Positions 40,545 through 54,738 are shown, counted from the stretch's first letter. The stretch: DNA of 64,000 nt from Eledone cirrhosa (GCA_964016885.1 OZ024743.1:374418001-374482000); one strand, 5' to 3'. Notes: a model not told the origin generated them from the sequence alone. Numbers and translations are program-made.

Positions 40545-41385
40545 CAGGCAAAATACCTAGGTGCAGAATAAACATCGAAGATGTTACCCATGTCAACAAA
40601 AGCTGTCCAAAGATGTCATCGCGGTACTATTTACCTATGAGGCATAATGTAGTGGCCAAAACACTGTACAATGCAGTTCGTAAAAAAGATAGCCCCGATA
40701 ATAAACACATTAAAAGCTTCAGCAATGTGGAAGACATCCATATACATAATATGAAAGAGTACTGATGGAATGTTCCAGTAAAAACCCCAATAAAATGCAG
40801 GCATAACAGACCAGATATTATGATATGGGACAGGGAAAAGAAGGCATTCACAGTAGTGGAAGTTAGCTGCCCAGCAGATGCCAATATAATATCAAAGATT
40901 AGCGAAAAGGAGAATATTTATGCAGATCTAATGAGAAATCTGCAGATACTCCACCCTGATTATACCTTCAGCTTTATGCCTCTGATTGTTGGGGCACTGG
41001 GATATGTTAGTAACTGCCTCAATACAAATCTTGAGAAGCTAGGCTTCACAGGAACAGAAAGGACACAACTAGTTAGGAAATTACAAGTACATTCCATTAA
41101 TGGAACTGTAAAAATATGTAAAACATTCCAAAAATTTTGCATCTGATAACTGCATATACACATGTACAGATACAAAGCGTATGCATAAGCACGCATACAA
41201 CTCAAAACATCCACATCCACACGTACAATAGCATCCATACATGCACACATGCACGCAGACATGCATTCATATCTACCTAGTTGATGTTGTGTAAATTCCA
41301 ATGAGAGAGTATTGTAACTATGTTAGAAACCGGCTCTCTCTCTATTGGCAAACATTTGTGAAATTATAAAACCAGAAGAACATAC
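40545..41385 (+). pseudogene. Decayed 5'-truncated R4-clade element, divergent relative of 30710-31839
   Basis: MSSRYYLPMRH, HNRPDIMIWD, VEVSCP..EKENIY, KICKTF with an internal TGA. The 3' end abuts GAAGAA|CATACATA. Confidence 0.82.
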
Positions 41386-41759
41386 ATATATATATACGCA
41401 CACACACATACATGCACACATACTCACTCACACACACATACACAATTATAAATATGTAGCGGAATGAAAAACAAATTAAATAAACTGAAGTGTATATTAA
41501 AATAATGATAATTTAGAGACATCAGATAGAACATATTCTCTTTCCCAGTGGATATATTATATACTTTATATATATGATATATCTATTTTAGCGACAACAT
41601 ATACAGAAACAAATATTTTTAGCGACATCAGTTATATAGGGCACAAGACCAGCAGATATTAGCCGATCTCTTGGAGGGATGAAAGGGGTATTTAGAGTTC
41701 GGTAATCGCAATACGTCAACTAATTCTGACAATCCACGCTTTGGTAACAGAATGTGGTG

Positions 41760-41860
41760 AACCTGAGCTTGTAGTGCACTTGAGCTTGTTGTGCACCTGA
41801 GGTTGTTGTGCACCTGAGCTTGTACTGCACTTGAGATTGTAGTTCACCTGAGCACTGTAC
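41760..41860. repeat. 17-bp tandem repeat, about 6 copies (CACCTGAGCTTGTAGTG)
   Basis: Direct reading. Confidence 0.8.
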
Positions 41861-41884
41861 ACAATAATTTTCATTATCATTTTT

Positions 41885-42240
41885 TAACTGGCACATGGCC
41901 AGCAATTTGGGCGAAGGGTAAAATCGATTATATTGACCTCAGCACTTAACTGATACTTAATTGCATCAACCTCGGCAGGATTTGAACTCAGAATGTAGAG
42001 AGTCGTAACAAAACGCAGCACAACATATTGGCTACAGATTCTGCCAATTACCCACCCTTAATAATTGTTTTGTTATATAGGCACAAGGCCAGGAATTTGG
42101 GGGACATGGGAAAGTAGATTATAACATCCCCAAGCAAAGTTAACCTCGATGGGATTTGAACTCAGAGAGAAAAAAACCGAATCAAATACTATTATTAATC
42201 ATTTGTCCGACGCTCTAACAACGCTGTCATTCCACCGCAC
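41885..42240 (-). mobile_element. Two adjacent degenerate SINE copies
   Basis: AACCTCG..GGATTTGAACTCAGA at ~41970 and ~42142; GGCACA(T/A)GGCCAG 3' segments. Confidence 0.65.
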
Positions 42241-42471
42241 TCGTTACAAAATATAACGATAAGAATATGATGACAAAATTGACATACTGAGCAGGTCAAC
42301 CATATATATTTGAGGGGTGCTGATACGTTCCTAGGTAAAGGTATCGCGAGGGAAGGTAGGACCACTGCATAAATGCGTGAATCTGAGAGAGGAATGTTTA
42401 ACGAAATCATAATTAACTGATCCTCCTGTATTTTCTTTTATCCAAAGCCAGGAACTTTTTAGCGTCCTCTC

Positions 42472-42512
<41 letters not shown>

Positions 42513-42514
<2 letters not shown>

Positions 42515-43175
42515 AAACATAAATTATCGAGATACGCATTTCGGCCCACGAAATAACGAAAAACAACCTCCGAGATAGGCGGCAAGTGCTCAATGATTCA
42601 AATGAACCAGAGCTATAACAAACGTTAAAGGCCAAACAAAACGATCAAGTAATTCGGGTATTGAAAATTTATCCGGACCCCTGGAAGGTTGGTAAAATCC
42701 AGTATATGGGTTTCTGCGGCTCCTAAATCAAGTACCGTCCACTTACATAAAATATGTCAGGCTTCTGGTAAGATGATTGAACAAGGAAGCCACTTTCTCA
42801 ACAGGTTTTAGTTCAATGTTAATACAAGGACTGACTATTGCTGACCCCACGTGGGGATCGGCAAGGGAGGCAACCCCGATATCAGGCGAATGGATTCAGT
42901 TGTGTATATTTTTGCAAGAATGCAAAAACATCACAAATCGAATAGAGTTCTCAACAGAAGGGTTAAAATTAACATAAGCTATTCATCAGTCAATAGAATC
43001 AACTAAAAAATCAAGAAAATTAACTGGTCAATAGCTAGAGTCTGGAGAATAATACAAACATAAATTATCGAGATTCGCATTTCGGCCCACGAAATAACGA
43101 AAAACAACCTCCGAGATGTGCGGCAAGTGCTCAATGATTCAGATGAACCAGAGCTATAACAAACGTTAAAGGTCA
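42513..43175. mobile_element. Non-coding element bounded by ~115-bp direct repeats; relative of 49258-50022
   Basis: AAACATAAATTATCGAGAT..AAACGTTAAAGG at 42515 and 43057. Internal blocks (CCTAAATCAA, ACAAGGAA..TCAACAGGT, CACAAATCGAATA) are shared with the 49-kb element. Confidence 0.7.
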
Positions 43176-43194
43176 AATACACTGAGACGATAGT

Positions 43195-43427
43195 TAAACA
43201 ATCATTCGCATAAGTTGAGGGCGACTGACCGAGGTGAAAACAGCTAGTTGGTCAGTCGTCTTCTCTGTCTCTGATTTTCGGACCCATGGATTTTTATATA
43301 TTCCTTTGTTATATTTCGAATACCTCATGATAACACCGGATTCATACGGAACCGGGTCATTGAAATGATCATAGTATAATAAACTTTTCAAGGATTTACA
43401 CCAGTCCATCCTCCTGTTATTTTATTC

Positions 43428-43428
<1 letters not shown>
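43195..43428 (+). mobile_element. Pseudo-LTR fragment of the 53222-53775 family with a mutated hammerhead (CTCATGA)
   Basis: Aligns by eye with 53474-53636 and with the reverse complement of 53222-53440. Confidence 0.75.
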
Positions 43429-43512
<84 letters not shown>

Positions 43513-43515
<3 letters not shown>

Positions 43516-44131
43516 GTAGGAGGTGAGTTTTATTGTAGTACAATAAAGCAATGCAGATATCGGATAAGAAGCACTCTACAGTTTGTAGGACTGGAGTATA
43601 CATAATATATAAGATCAAAAGATGGTTAAATGAGTTCCATGTATTTTATTATGCGCATTTCAAAAACAAATATCATCATGCAATAACATTAGTGTTTTCA
43701 TCAGATAAAATAGGAGGACATGATATGAAGGTTAAAAAACACTTGTGGATAGTGCAGTTTTAAATCAACATATGAAAATTAGTTTTAGATTGATGTGTGA
43801 TATTGGTAAAAAAAAATTTGAGGGAGGGGGAGGTTGGAAAGGATGAAAAAGAGGAGGAGATGAGAGTAAAAAGTGGAGGGGGAGGAGTATAGTGAGGAAG
43901 GATGAGATAGGAGGAGAGATGGGTAATAGAGAGAGAGTGATAGCTTTTATAACTGAGAAAAATATATTGTTTTACATAGAGAGGTTGAAAAAACCGTTGG
44001 AAGATAATGTATAAATTAAAAGAATTTGAAAATTAACGAAGAGAAAAATAATGTAAAGTTAAAGTTTGTATATTGAAGGGTATATTGAAGGGTAAAATAC
44101 ATGGAACTCATTTAACCATCTTTTGATCTTA

Positions 44132-44135
<4 letters not shown>
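43513..44135 (-). mobile_element. PLE-type non-coding element with 44-bp inverted ends, hammerhead and tail
   Basis: 43606-43648 is inverted at 44093-44135. Tail stem-loop at 43573-43597. Confidence 0.75.
43645..43709 (-). ncRNA. Type I hammerhead (CUGAUGA)
   Basis: TTTAT-CTGATGA-AAACA..TGTTT-TT-GAAAT-GCGC-ATA-ATAAA. Confidence 0.7.
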
Positions 44136-44228
<93 letters not shown>

Positions 44229-44251
44229 TATACATATATATATATGTATGC

Positions 44252-44327
<76 letters not shown>

Positions 44328-45100
44328 ATGTATGTGTGTGTATCGTGTGTGTGTATGTGTGTGCGTTTGTGTGTGTATGTGTGTGAATGTGTGTGCGTGT
44401 TTGTGTATATATATATATGTATGTATATAACAACAATAATCATATCAATGAATGTAAACATGTACGACCTCTGTTTTACGTTATACATCAGCAAATATCG
44501 TCTATAAATATTGATTTTTACGATATTTCCAAGCAGTAGTAATTACGTCATAACACAACTGGTGTAAAGGGAGGGAAATCCTGTTAACAAAAATCCTAAA
44601 GAAAAAGTATATCACAAACTCACCACCCCCCAAAACGTACGTCTTGCTCTAAAGCACACACCAGGATGTTATAATCGATATTCGTTTCATCTACCTCATC
44701 AAAATATCTCTATATTTTGGAAGAAGGAATTGGAAAGCGTATTTGCTTATTAGAACTTTACAAAAGAGATTAGTGTCGTGCGTAAAGTAAAAATGTCTTT
44801 TATTCGGAAACTGAATTTGTGTAGGAGATTCCAACCGTCATCAGTGAACTGTTTGCTCTACGGAGCATTCTACATTGTGATCGATATTAATCAAGGTATA
44901 TGAATTCTAGAGATCAAAGGGAAGCATTTTAACTGATACCATGAGGATATCTCCCAATAGTGGTTCTCTATTCGATACTGTAAAGTGTCTGGATCTGATT
45001 CCCAATTTCACACTCAACTGAAAATAAGTCATATTAAAGGTAGGATATAGCGGACAATGACTCTAATACGTTTCATTTCCGATATGCATTAACATTTTCA

Positions 45101-47370
45101 TTGCCACCATCTACACCATTGCCACCATTTACACCATTGCCACCACCATTGCCACCACCATTGCCACCACCACTGCCACCACCATTGCCACCACCACTGC
45201 CACCACCACTGCCACCACCACTGCCACCACCACTGCCACCACCACTGCCACCACCATTGCCACCACCACTGCCACCACCACTGCCACCACCACTGCCACC
45301 ACCACTGCCACCACCATTGCCACCACCACTGCCACCACCACTGCCACCACCACTGCCACCACCACTGGCACCACCACTGCCACCACCATTGCCACCACCA
45401 CTGCCACCACCACTGCCACCACCATTGCCACCACCATTGCCACCACCACTGCCACCACCATTGCCACCACCATTGCCACCACCACTGCCACCACCACTGC
45501 CACCACCATTGCCACCACCATTGCCACCACCACTGCCACCACCACTGCCACCACCATTGCCACCACCATTGCCACCACCACTGCCACCACCACTGCCACC
45601 ACCATTGCCACCACCATTGCCACCACCACTGCCACCACCATTGCCACCACCATTGCCACCACCACTGCCACCACCATTGCCACCACCACTGCCACCACCA
45701 CTGCCACCACCACTGCCACCACCACTGCCACCACCACTGCCACCACCATTGCCACCACCACTGCCACCACCACTGCCACCACCACTGCCACCACCACTGC
45801 CACCACCATTGCCACCACCACTGCCACCACCACTGCCACCAATACTGCCACCACCACTGCCACCACCACTGCCACCACCATTGCCACCACCATTGCCACC
45901 ACCACTGCCACCACCATTGCCACCACCACTGCCACCACCACTGCCACCACCACTGCCACCACCACTGCCACCACCACTGCCACCACCATTGCCACCACCA
46001 CTGCCACCACCACTGCCACCACCACTGCCACCACCACTGCCACCACCATTGCCACCACCACTGCCACCACCACTGCCACCACCACTGCCACCACCACTGG
46101 CACCACCACTGCCACCACCATTGCCACCACCACTGCCACCACCACTGCCACCACCACTGCCACCACCACTGCCACCACCACTGCCACCACCACTGCCACC
46201 ACCATTGCCACCACCAAAGCCACCACCATTGCCACCATCATTGCCACCACCACCAATGCCACCACCATTGCCACCACCATTGCCACCACCACCATTGCCA
46301 CCACCATTGCCACCACCACTGCCACCACCATTGCCACCACCATTGCCACCATCTACACCAATGCCACCACCATTGCCACCACCAAAGCCACCACCATTGC
46401 CACCACCACCAATTCCACCACCATTGCCACCACCATTGCCACCACCACCAGTGTCACCACCATTGCCACCACCAATGTCACCACCATTGCCACCACCACC
46501 ACTGCAACCACCAAAGCCACCACCATTGCCACCACCACTGCCACCACCACTGCCACCACCACCATTGCCACCACCATTGCCACCACCACCAATGCCACCA
46601 CCACTGCCACCACCAATGCCACCACCATTGCCACCACCATTGCCACCACCACTGCCACCACCAATGCCACCACCATTGCCACCACCAATGCCACCACCAC
46701 TGCCACCACCACCAATGCCACCACCACTGCCACCACCACTTCCACCACCATTGCCACCACCATTGCCACCACCATTGCCACCACCATTGCCTCCACCAAT
46801 GTCAGCACCATTGCCACCACCACTGCCACCACCACTGCCACCACCACTGCCACCACCATTGCCACCACCACTGCCACCACCACTGCCACCACCACTGCCA
46901 CCACCACTGCCACCACCATTGCCACCATCATTGCCACCACCATTGCCACCACCACCAATGCCACCACCAAAGCCACCACCATTGCCACCACCATTGCCAC
47001 CACCACCAATGCCACCACCATTGCCACCACCACTGCCACCAATACTGCCACCACCACTGCCACCACCACTGCCACCACCACTGCCACCACCACTGCCACC
47101 ACCACTGCCACCACCACTGCCACCACCACTGCCACCACCACTGCCACCACCACTGCCACCACCATTGCCACCACCACCATTGCCACCACCACCTGTGCCA
47201 CCACCACTGCCACCAATACTGCCACCACCACTGCCACCACCACTGCCACCACCACTGCCACCACCACTGCCACCAATACTGCCACCACCATTGCCACCAC
47301 CACTGCCACCACCACTGCCCCACCACTGCCACCACCACTGCCACCACCACTGCCACCACCACTGCCACCA
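45101..47370. repeat. 12-bp minisatellite (YTGCCACCACCA)n, ~2.3 kb
   Basis: Direct reading; homogeneous first half, variant 12/15-bp units in the second half. Confidence 0.95.
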
Positions 47371-47548
47371 TCTACACTCAGCAGCACTTGAGCAAGTTAG
47401 AGTAAAGACTATTCAAGAGCCTTATGTGTGTCACATCTGTAAAATGTGTCTATGAAAGGTAGGGGGGGGGGGATTACAGAGTGGCGGGTTGATGACTGTT
47501 CAGAGCAACGTTGGAGAGTTGACCCTCTTCTGTAAAGTAGTGGCAGTT

Positions 47549-47629
<81 letters not shown>

Positions 47630-47631
<2 letters not shown>

Positions 47632-47745
47632 TTTAATATAGAAATGGCTTCTTGAAGCCATTTCTATATTAAATATTTATACTCTACTATGTATTGAGTA
47701 CCGTATTTACTGTGGTTATCCCGATTGAATCCAGGATAAACTTAC
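47630..47745 (+). mobile_element. Minimal fold-back element (~25-bp arms + tail), family of 63580-63720
   Basis: TTTAATATAGAAATGGCTTC-TT-GAAGCCATTTCTATATTAAA, then ACTC-TAC-TAT-GTA-TT-GAGTAC..TTACTGTGGTTATCC. Confidence 0.75.
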
Positions 47746-47752
47746 ACACACA

Positions 47753-47795
<43 letters not shown>

Positions 47796-47824
47796 ACACA
47801 CACACACATACATATATATATATA

Positions 47825-48031
<207 letters not shown>

Positions 48032-48357
48032 CAGTATATATATATATATAAATATACACATGCATGTATATATATCTACATACATACATGTATTCTTACA
48101 TAGAAGCATGCATACATCCAAAGATGCATACATATATACGCATATAGATGTGTGATTATATAAATATATATGCGCATATATATTGTATGAAGATTATAAT
48201 TATAAACATACATACACATACGTATATATTGAAGGAATGTCTTTATCACAGCGTAGACATCATGTGCCGTTGATAATCGTATTAAATATAGATTAAATTG
48301 TTCGATATTTTAAGTATGCATAAACTTTAGTAAATTCTGTTATTATATATATATATA

Positions 48358-48606
48358 GTAATAATAATAAATGTGAAGACCAAAATCCAAAGAGGGCTCG
48401 ATAATGATAAATATATATCAAATATATAAGAATCATAGAGCAAATATTTATTAAAATAACAGATTAAAGTTTAAGCAAAGAATCGCTGCTTTCACCCTTA
48501 ACGGGATCTTCTGAAATAGTTTTAGAAGACCCCGTTAAGGCTTAAAGCAGCGATTCTTTTCTTAGCAGCGATTCTTTGCTTAAACTTTAATCTGTTATTT
48601 TAATAA

Positions 48607-48608
<2 letters not shown>
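48358..48608 (-). mobile_element. Miniature fold-back of the 32943 PLE family: tail + hammerhead + inverted arm
   Basis: Turn at ~48518, at the 5' edge of hammerhead stem I. Confidence 0.8.
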
Positions 48609-48638
<30 letters not shown>

Positions 48639-48642
<4 letters not shown>

Positions 48643-49193
48643 AATATGGGGAGAAGAATACTGCATGGTTGCACATGGATTACATGTTATGAAATGAGTC
48701 CCTCATCAGTGATTTGCCAACGATCATTGGTATTTCATCGCATTAAAAATCATATAACTCACGTTGGTGCGACAATAACTAAAATAAGTTATTAGGACAA
48801 TTGAAACGCGTAAAGCGAGTGAGACTAGTAAACAACACAGGGGGAAGCTAACCGAAGATGGAAAGAAACACAAGCAACATAGTTATTCTTTCAGCATAAG
48901 CTGTCTGAATATATGTGCGAGTTAGAAACAGACCTTCCGCTAGTGAATCCGATGTTAGAAAGAAGGAAAATCGGGTTCGTAGCGAATGGGAGGAGGTAAG
49001 AAGGGGCGAAACAGAGAGTGAGTGAGTGGAAGTGCGAGGAAGGGGTCAGTAGAGAGAAAGTGTTAACTGACATGACAGAGGGGACGAAAGAAAGTAAGAG
49101 AAACAGAGAGAACGAGGGAGCAGTAAGAGAGAAAGAGAGAAACATAGAATCGCAGTTTAGGTAAATATATGAAAAATATGGGGAGAAGAATAC

Positions 49194-49198
<5 letters not shown>
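48639..49198. mobile_element. ~560-bp element with 28-bp direct repeats in (TA)n
   Basis: GAAAAATATGGGGAGAAGAATACTGCAT at 48639 and 49171. A related reverse piece sits at about 25030-25080. Confidence 0.65.
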
Positions 49199-49257
<59 letters not shown>

Positions 49258-49259
<2 letters not shown>

Positions 49260-50022
49260 AATATAAATTCAGCTAGAATCGTATTTCGGCTGGTAGAAAA
49301 AGCGAAACGAAACGCAAAATCGTAGAAATGCTGGCAAGCGCTTCAATAGTTAAGAAAAACTAGAGCTAAACAATATGTTAAAACGCCATACAAACTGAAA
49401 AGTGGTCAAAAAGGCATTAACCACCTAAACCAAAAAACAAATCAAGCTAAACAGGTCAAACAAAATAAATGATAAAAACAGACCTGGACCCAAGTGGAAT
49501 TGATGGTAAAATCCAAATGCAGGATTTCAATGACACCTAAATCAATAATACTGTCTGCTTAAAACTATAAACTTTCAGCATAAAGATCGAACAAGGAATA
49601 TCACGTTATCAACAGGTATTTAGCTCTGTAACCAACTTTGTGAGTGACGCAGAACTTTGTAAAAGACATGTGTAATTCACAAGAGGAAATTCCCCAGATT
49701 TTGGCAAATGAATTCAGTATGTGTATATCATACAAAAAATTGCATAGATAGCACAAATCGAATAAGCACTCAACCGGGTAGTTTTTAAAATAAACTTATG
49801 CAATTAATCTGTCAATAGATTTATTAACAGGTTAATTGTAAGACTCGGGAGATTAATACAAATATAAATTCAGCGAGAAACATATTTCGGCCGGTAGAAA
49901 AGCCGAAACGAAACGCAAAATCGTAGAAATGCTGGCAAGCGCTCCAATAGTTAAGAAAACTAGAGCTAAATAATATGTTAAAACGCCATACAAACTGAAA
50001 AGTGGTCAAGAAGGCATTAACC
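49258..50022. mobile_element. Non-coding element with ~165-bp direct repeats in (TA)n
   Basis: 49258-49423 is repeated at 49859-50022. Confidence 0.75.
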
Positions 50023-50102
50023 TTATATAACCTTATATATATGTATGTATATATATGAATGTATAAGTATGTATGTATATCTATATCTATCCATCTCCCC
50101 CC

Positions 50103-50154
<52 letters not shown>

Positions 50155-50329
50155 GCATCTGATATAAGATATACGTTTAATGTTATCAACTGAAGAATGA
50201 AGCTTCAGTACGTGAGGCACTATATGCTATTTAATTAGCTGTGAATATTATAGTAGTTATTTAGGGGCTTGGATAACACGCCAATCACATACACGCGCGC
50301 GTGCATATCTATCTATCTACCATACGAAC

Positions 50330-51405
50330 TTTATGTAGCGATGCCGGACTTGTTCTCCAATCTCCTCGAGGCAGTCTACTGCAACTGGCAACAGAACGGG
50401 AGAATTCCCACTTCTGTGACCAAGGGCGTAGTCACGCTGGTGAGGAAGGACGAGAACAAGGGGGATGACATAGATAACTTCAGGCCCATAACTCTGCTAA
50501 ACACAGAGTTAAAGATTTTGGTCAAGGTGTTAGCGAAGAGGTTGGCGCTTGTCGTCGGGAACCTGGTGGGAGAAGCGCAGACATGCGCAATCCCATCCAG
50601 GTCCATACACGACAACCTCCACCTCATGCGATACATCGTAGAGAGGGTAGGGAACGAACCCGGCTTTGGTGGGGCCCTGATCAACTTGGATCAATCTAAG
50701 GCGTACGATAGCGTCGACCATCGGTACCTGGATGCGGTGCTCGCAGCGGCAGGCTTCGGACCCGTTTTCAGGGGCTGGATTGCTACAATGCACAGCAGCA
50801 ACACCTGCTCGAAGGTCAAGGTGAACGGCTACGAAAGGTTTACAGGAGCCAAGCTGAACCGGGACAAGTCTGTCGGTTTGCAACTCGGAACGTGGAGAGG
50901 CAAACCGATGCCCTCCGACGGCCTCGTCGGACGCTGGACGGAACGACCGGTGAAGCTGCTCGGGGTCTGGTTCGGACCGGACCTCCAGGTGGAGAAAAAC
51001 TGGGACGAGGTAACAGGCAGGGTGTTTGCACTCGCCCAGAAGTGGGCCGAGTGCAAACTATCCCTGAAAAGTCGAGCGGAGGTGGCGAACACTTATATAG
51101 CGTCCGTCATCTACTACCGCTTGACCGTCGTGCCTTGCCAAGCGAAAACACTCGCCAAAATGGAGCGCGCGCTCTTCCGATTCCTTTGGAAGAAGCGGGC
51201 CCCTTTGGTGAGAAGATCCATCTGCTGTCAACACCCTTCGAACGGAGGGCTGGGATGCCGTGGCTGACGATGCGTAGACACGCATTAAGGCTACGGCACC
51301 TCCAGGTATTCCTCACCGGTCAGCCGGTGTGGGCCCCTTTTGTGAGGTGAGCCTTTCTGAGACTCGTCTCACTCACCGAGCTGCAATCCTGGGTCAAGCA
51401 AAGAC
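50330..51405 (+). pseudogene. Tx1/L1-clade reverse transcriptase fragment with the catalytic core deleted
   Basis: NFRPITLLNTELKIL, R.IHDN, LDQSKAYD.VDH, then KVNG joined directly to YERFTGAKLNRDKS (no QG.PLSP or YADD), followed by LSLK.R and GGLG. GC-rich relative to flanks. Confidence 0.85.
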
Positions 51406-53060
51406 CTTCTCTGGCAATGAACGAAAAAAAACGAAGATAATACGTCATATGTGGGGCGTGGAGAACAATTGCACGCAAAGACAAAACCACGTAAATGGTA
51501 TAGCAGAAGTCGTAAAATTCTAACTAGGAGACCGAATGAATCTTCGTTTCAGAGTTAAGAATAAAGTAAATAAATACAATACAGAGGTAATAGAAATTAA
51601 ATAAATACATACACGCATACAAATACGTACATACACAAGCATACGCGAAAACACTTACCATAGGTATACAAAATCAAGCACATATAAATATGTGTGTGTG
51701 TGTGCGTGTATACAAATAAATAAATAATTATATAAACGTATATAAATAAATAAATACGTATATAACAAGCGCACACACATACCTACATGTAAATACACAA
51801 ATGTTCGGAGACGTAAGTCAACCAAAACATGAAGTACACATATACACACACCCTACATACGTACGAAACTGCATACTCACACAGACGCAAAACTCCCGTA
51901 TACACATAACCAAACCATATGTACCAGAATATATAAAATTATACGCCATAACATATATAATCAAATATACGTACGAGAAAGTATACGTACCTTCACAAAA
52001 CATACAGGTAATATATACTTACCTATGCAAATAAGTAATGGTATAAACAAAACATATACTTAGCTACCACATCAAGACGTAAAATATCCACGTATAGATC
52101 GTACTATCCGTTAGGTTATAACGTGGGGCTGTAATACAGGAAAGTTTTGTGAAATTTATGTTTACAAGCCGAAATTGTCTCAGATTTTTTGTTTAAGATG
52201 TGGTCTGTGGCGTAGAGTATTTCCAGGGCCTCAGCGGCGCAGAGGTTACATGGTCTTTTATTTCCGTTATACGATCTAGCCCTAGCTAGGATCTCCCAGT
52301 GTAACTTATATTGGGTGTGGTTGTCTTTTAGACTCCAGATATAAGCTGAAAGTGACGTCATATTCCTTCTTAGAGGGTAACGAAAAGAATGGGTATGCAT
52401 GTAAAGACGCTGCTTGAATCTATTGGCGGTTAACCCTATGAAGGCCCTACGGGACGTGGGTGTTTCAACCTTACATTTGTAGACTATGTTACTAGAGAGG
52501 CATTTCCCGGACAGGGGGCAATCAACCCGATTCCTACAATTACAGTTAGTACTAACTACAGGGTTGCACGTGTTCCTACGGCTAGGTAGTTTTTGCGTGC
52601 AATTGTCCTCCACGCTCCACATATGACGTATTATCTTCGTTTTTTTCGTTCATTGCCAGAGAACGTCCCTATGAACCACCTAAGAGAACATTAGTCTACG
52701 ACCTCTTTTATACCATAAACGTGGTTCTGTCTTTGCGCGTAATTGTTTTTCACCGCTCCTATTAATGACGTATTATATTCGTTTTTTCCCGTTCTTTGCC
52801 AGGGAACGTTTCCACGAACCGAAGTATCGTCTTTCCGTCTTCCTCCGGTTGCAACGTTTTTTGAAATATCCACTTCTGCGTTTACAGATTGACTTTGTTA
52901 GTTTCAGAAGATCCCGTTAAGGGTGAAAGCAGCGATTCTTTGTTTAAACTTTAATCTGTTATTTTAATAAATATTTGCTCTACGGTTCTTATATATTTGA
53001 TATATATTTATCCTTATCGATCCCTCTTGGGATTTTAGTCTTCAAATTTATTATTATTAC
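51406..53060. mobile_element. PLE of the 32943 family: minus-strand GIY-YIG piece (52116-52590), then inverted pseudo-LTR and tail
   Basis: The protein is nearly identical to the 33943 ORF. 52591-52972 is the reverse complement of about 32943-33322. Confidence 0.88.
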
Positions 53061-53076
53061 TATATATATATATATA

Positions 53077-53775
<699 letters not shown>

Positions 53776-54004
53776 AATAAATATATATATATATATATAT
53801 ACGGGCGAAGGCTTCAAGAACATCATCTTCGTCCGTTCCCTTGTAATTTGGATTTCCTCGAGAACGTAACCGAATTATGTAAGAAGGCGTGTGATGAGAT
53901 CATGGCACAAATTAGGCGGAATCGCGTGGCCAATGTTGTCATTGAAATATGTACCACAGCCTTATCAATAAAGGACTTTAACATGTGAAGCTACTTCGCA
54001 TTTT

Positions 54005-54064
<60 letters not shown>

Positions 54065-54084
54065 ATCTGCGTTTTTCGAATATT

Positions 54085-54558
54085 AATAATAACATCCGAT
54101 TCATTTGCAATTATGCAAACAAGCCTCATTTTAAAGCCATGTCAGTAGAATGAGCCCCTCATTCTTGCTCTCGTGTTGGCATGTAAACAGAACTGCAAAG
54201 CCGGCCAGTTATCACTCATTTACAGGAAACTGACTGGCCAGTCTGCTGATATCCAAATCTGGCTGATCAGTGGATCTGCTAATATGCAGATCTCACTGAT
54301 CAGCCAGTCTGCTAATATACAAATCAGGCCAATCAGTCACTGTATAGTTTAGAAAATGGCATATATTTTCACTAGCTCCGACAGTTGGCAGGTGACAGTG
54401 AGCTGTACTGTTGAAGGGTGATACCCAGAAACATTAGTGTCTGCAGTTCTGTTTACATGCCAACAAAAGAGCAAGAATGAGGGGCTCATTCTACTGACAT
54501 TGGCTTTAAAAATGAGGCTTCTTTGCATAATTGCAAACGAATCGAATGTTATTATTAT
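54085..54558. mobile_element. Element with ~112-bp inverted repeats (MITE/fold-back type)
   Basis: 54085-54197 is inverted at 54442-54556. Internal repeats of TCTGCT(A/G)ATAT..CTGATCAG. Confidence 0.7.
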
Positions 54559-54559
54559 T

Positions 54560-54738
54560 AGCAGTATCGGTAGAGAGTTGGATTATGCTTTCCAGCATAG
54601 TTACGTCCCTTTACGATCTGAGTTCAATTCCCGCCGAGGTTAACTTTGCCTTTCATCCTTACGGGGTCGATAAAATAAAGTACCAGTAATGTACTGGGAT
54701 AATTGCTGGCCTTGTGCCAAAAAGTAGAAACAATTATT
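54560..54738 (+). mobile_element. tRNA-derived SINE
   Basis: GAGTTCAATTCCCGCCGAGG and the conserved body. Confidence 0.82.

Noticed and set aside
42983-42990. CTGATGA on the minus strand in the direct-repeat element
   Set aside because: No suitably placed GAAA or stems, and not conserved in the 49-kb relative.
45129-47387. Minus-strand (VVAM/VVAV)n and (WWQW)n ORFs
   Set aside because: Alternative frames of the minisatellite.
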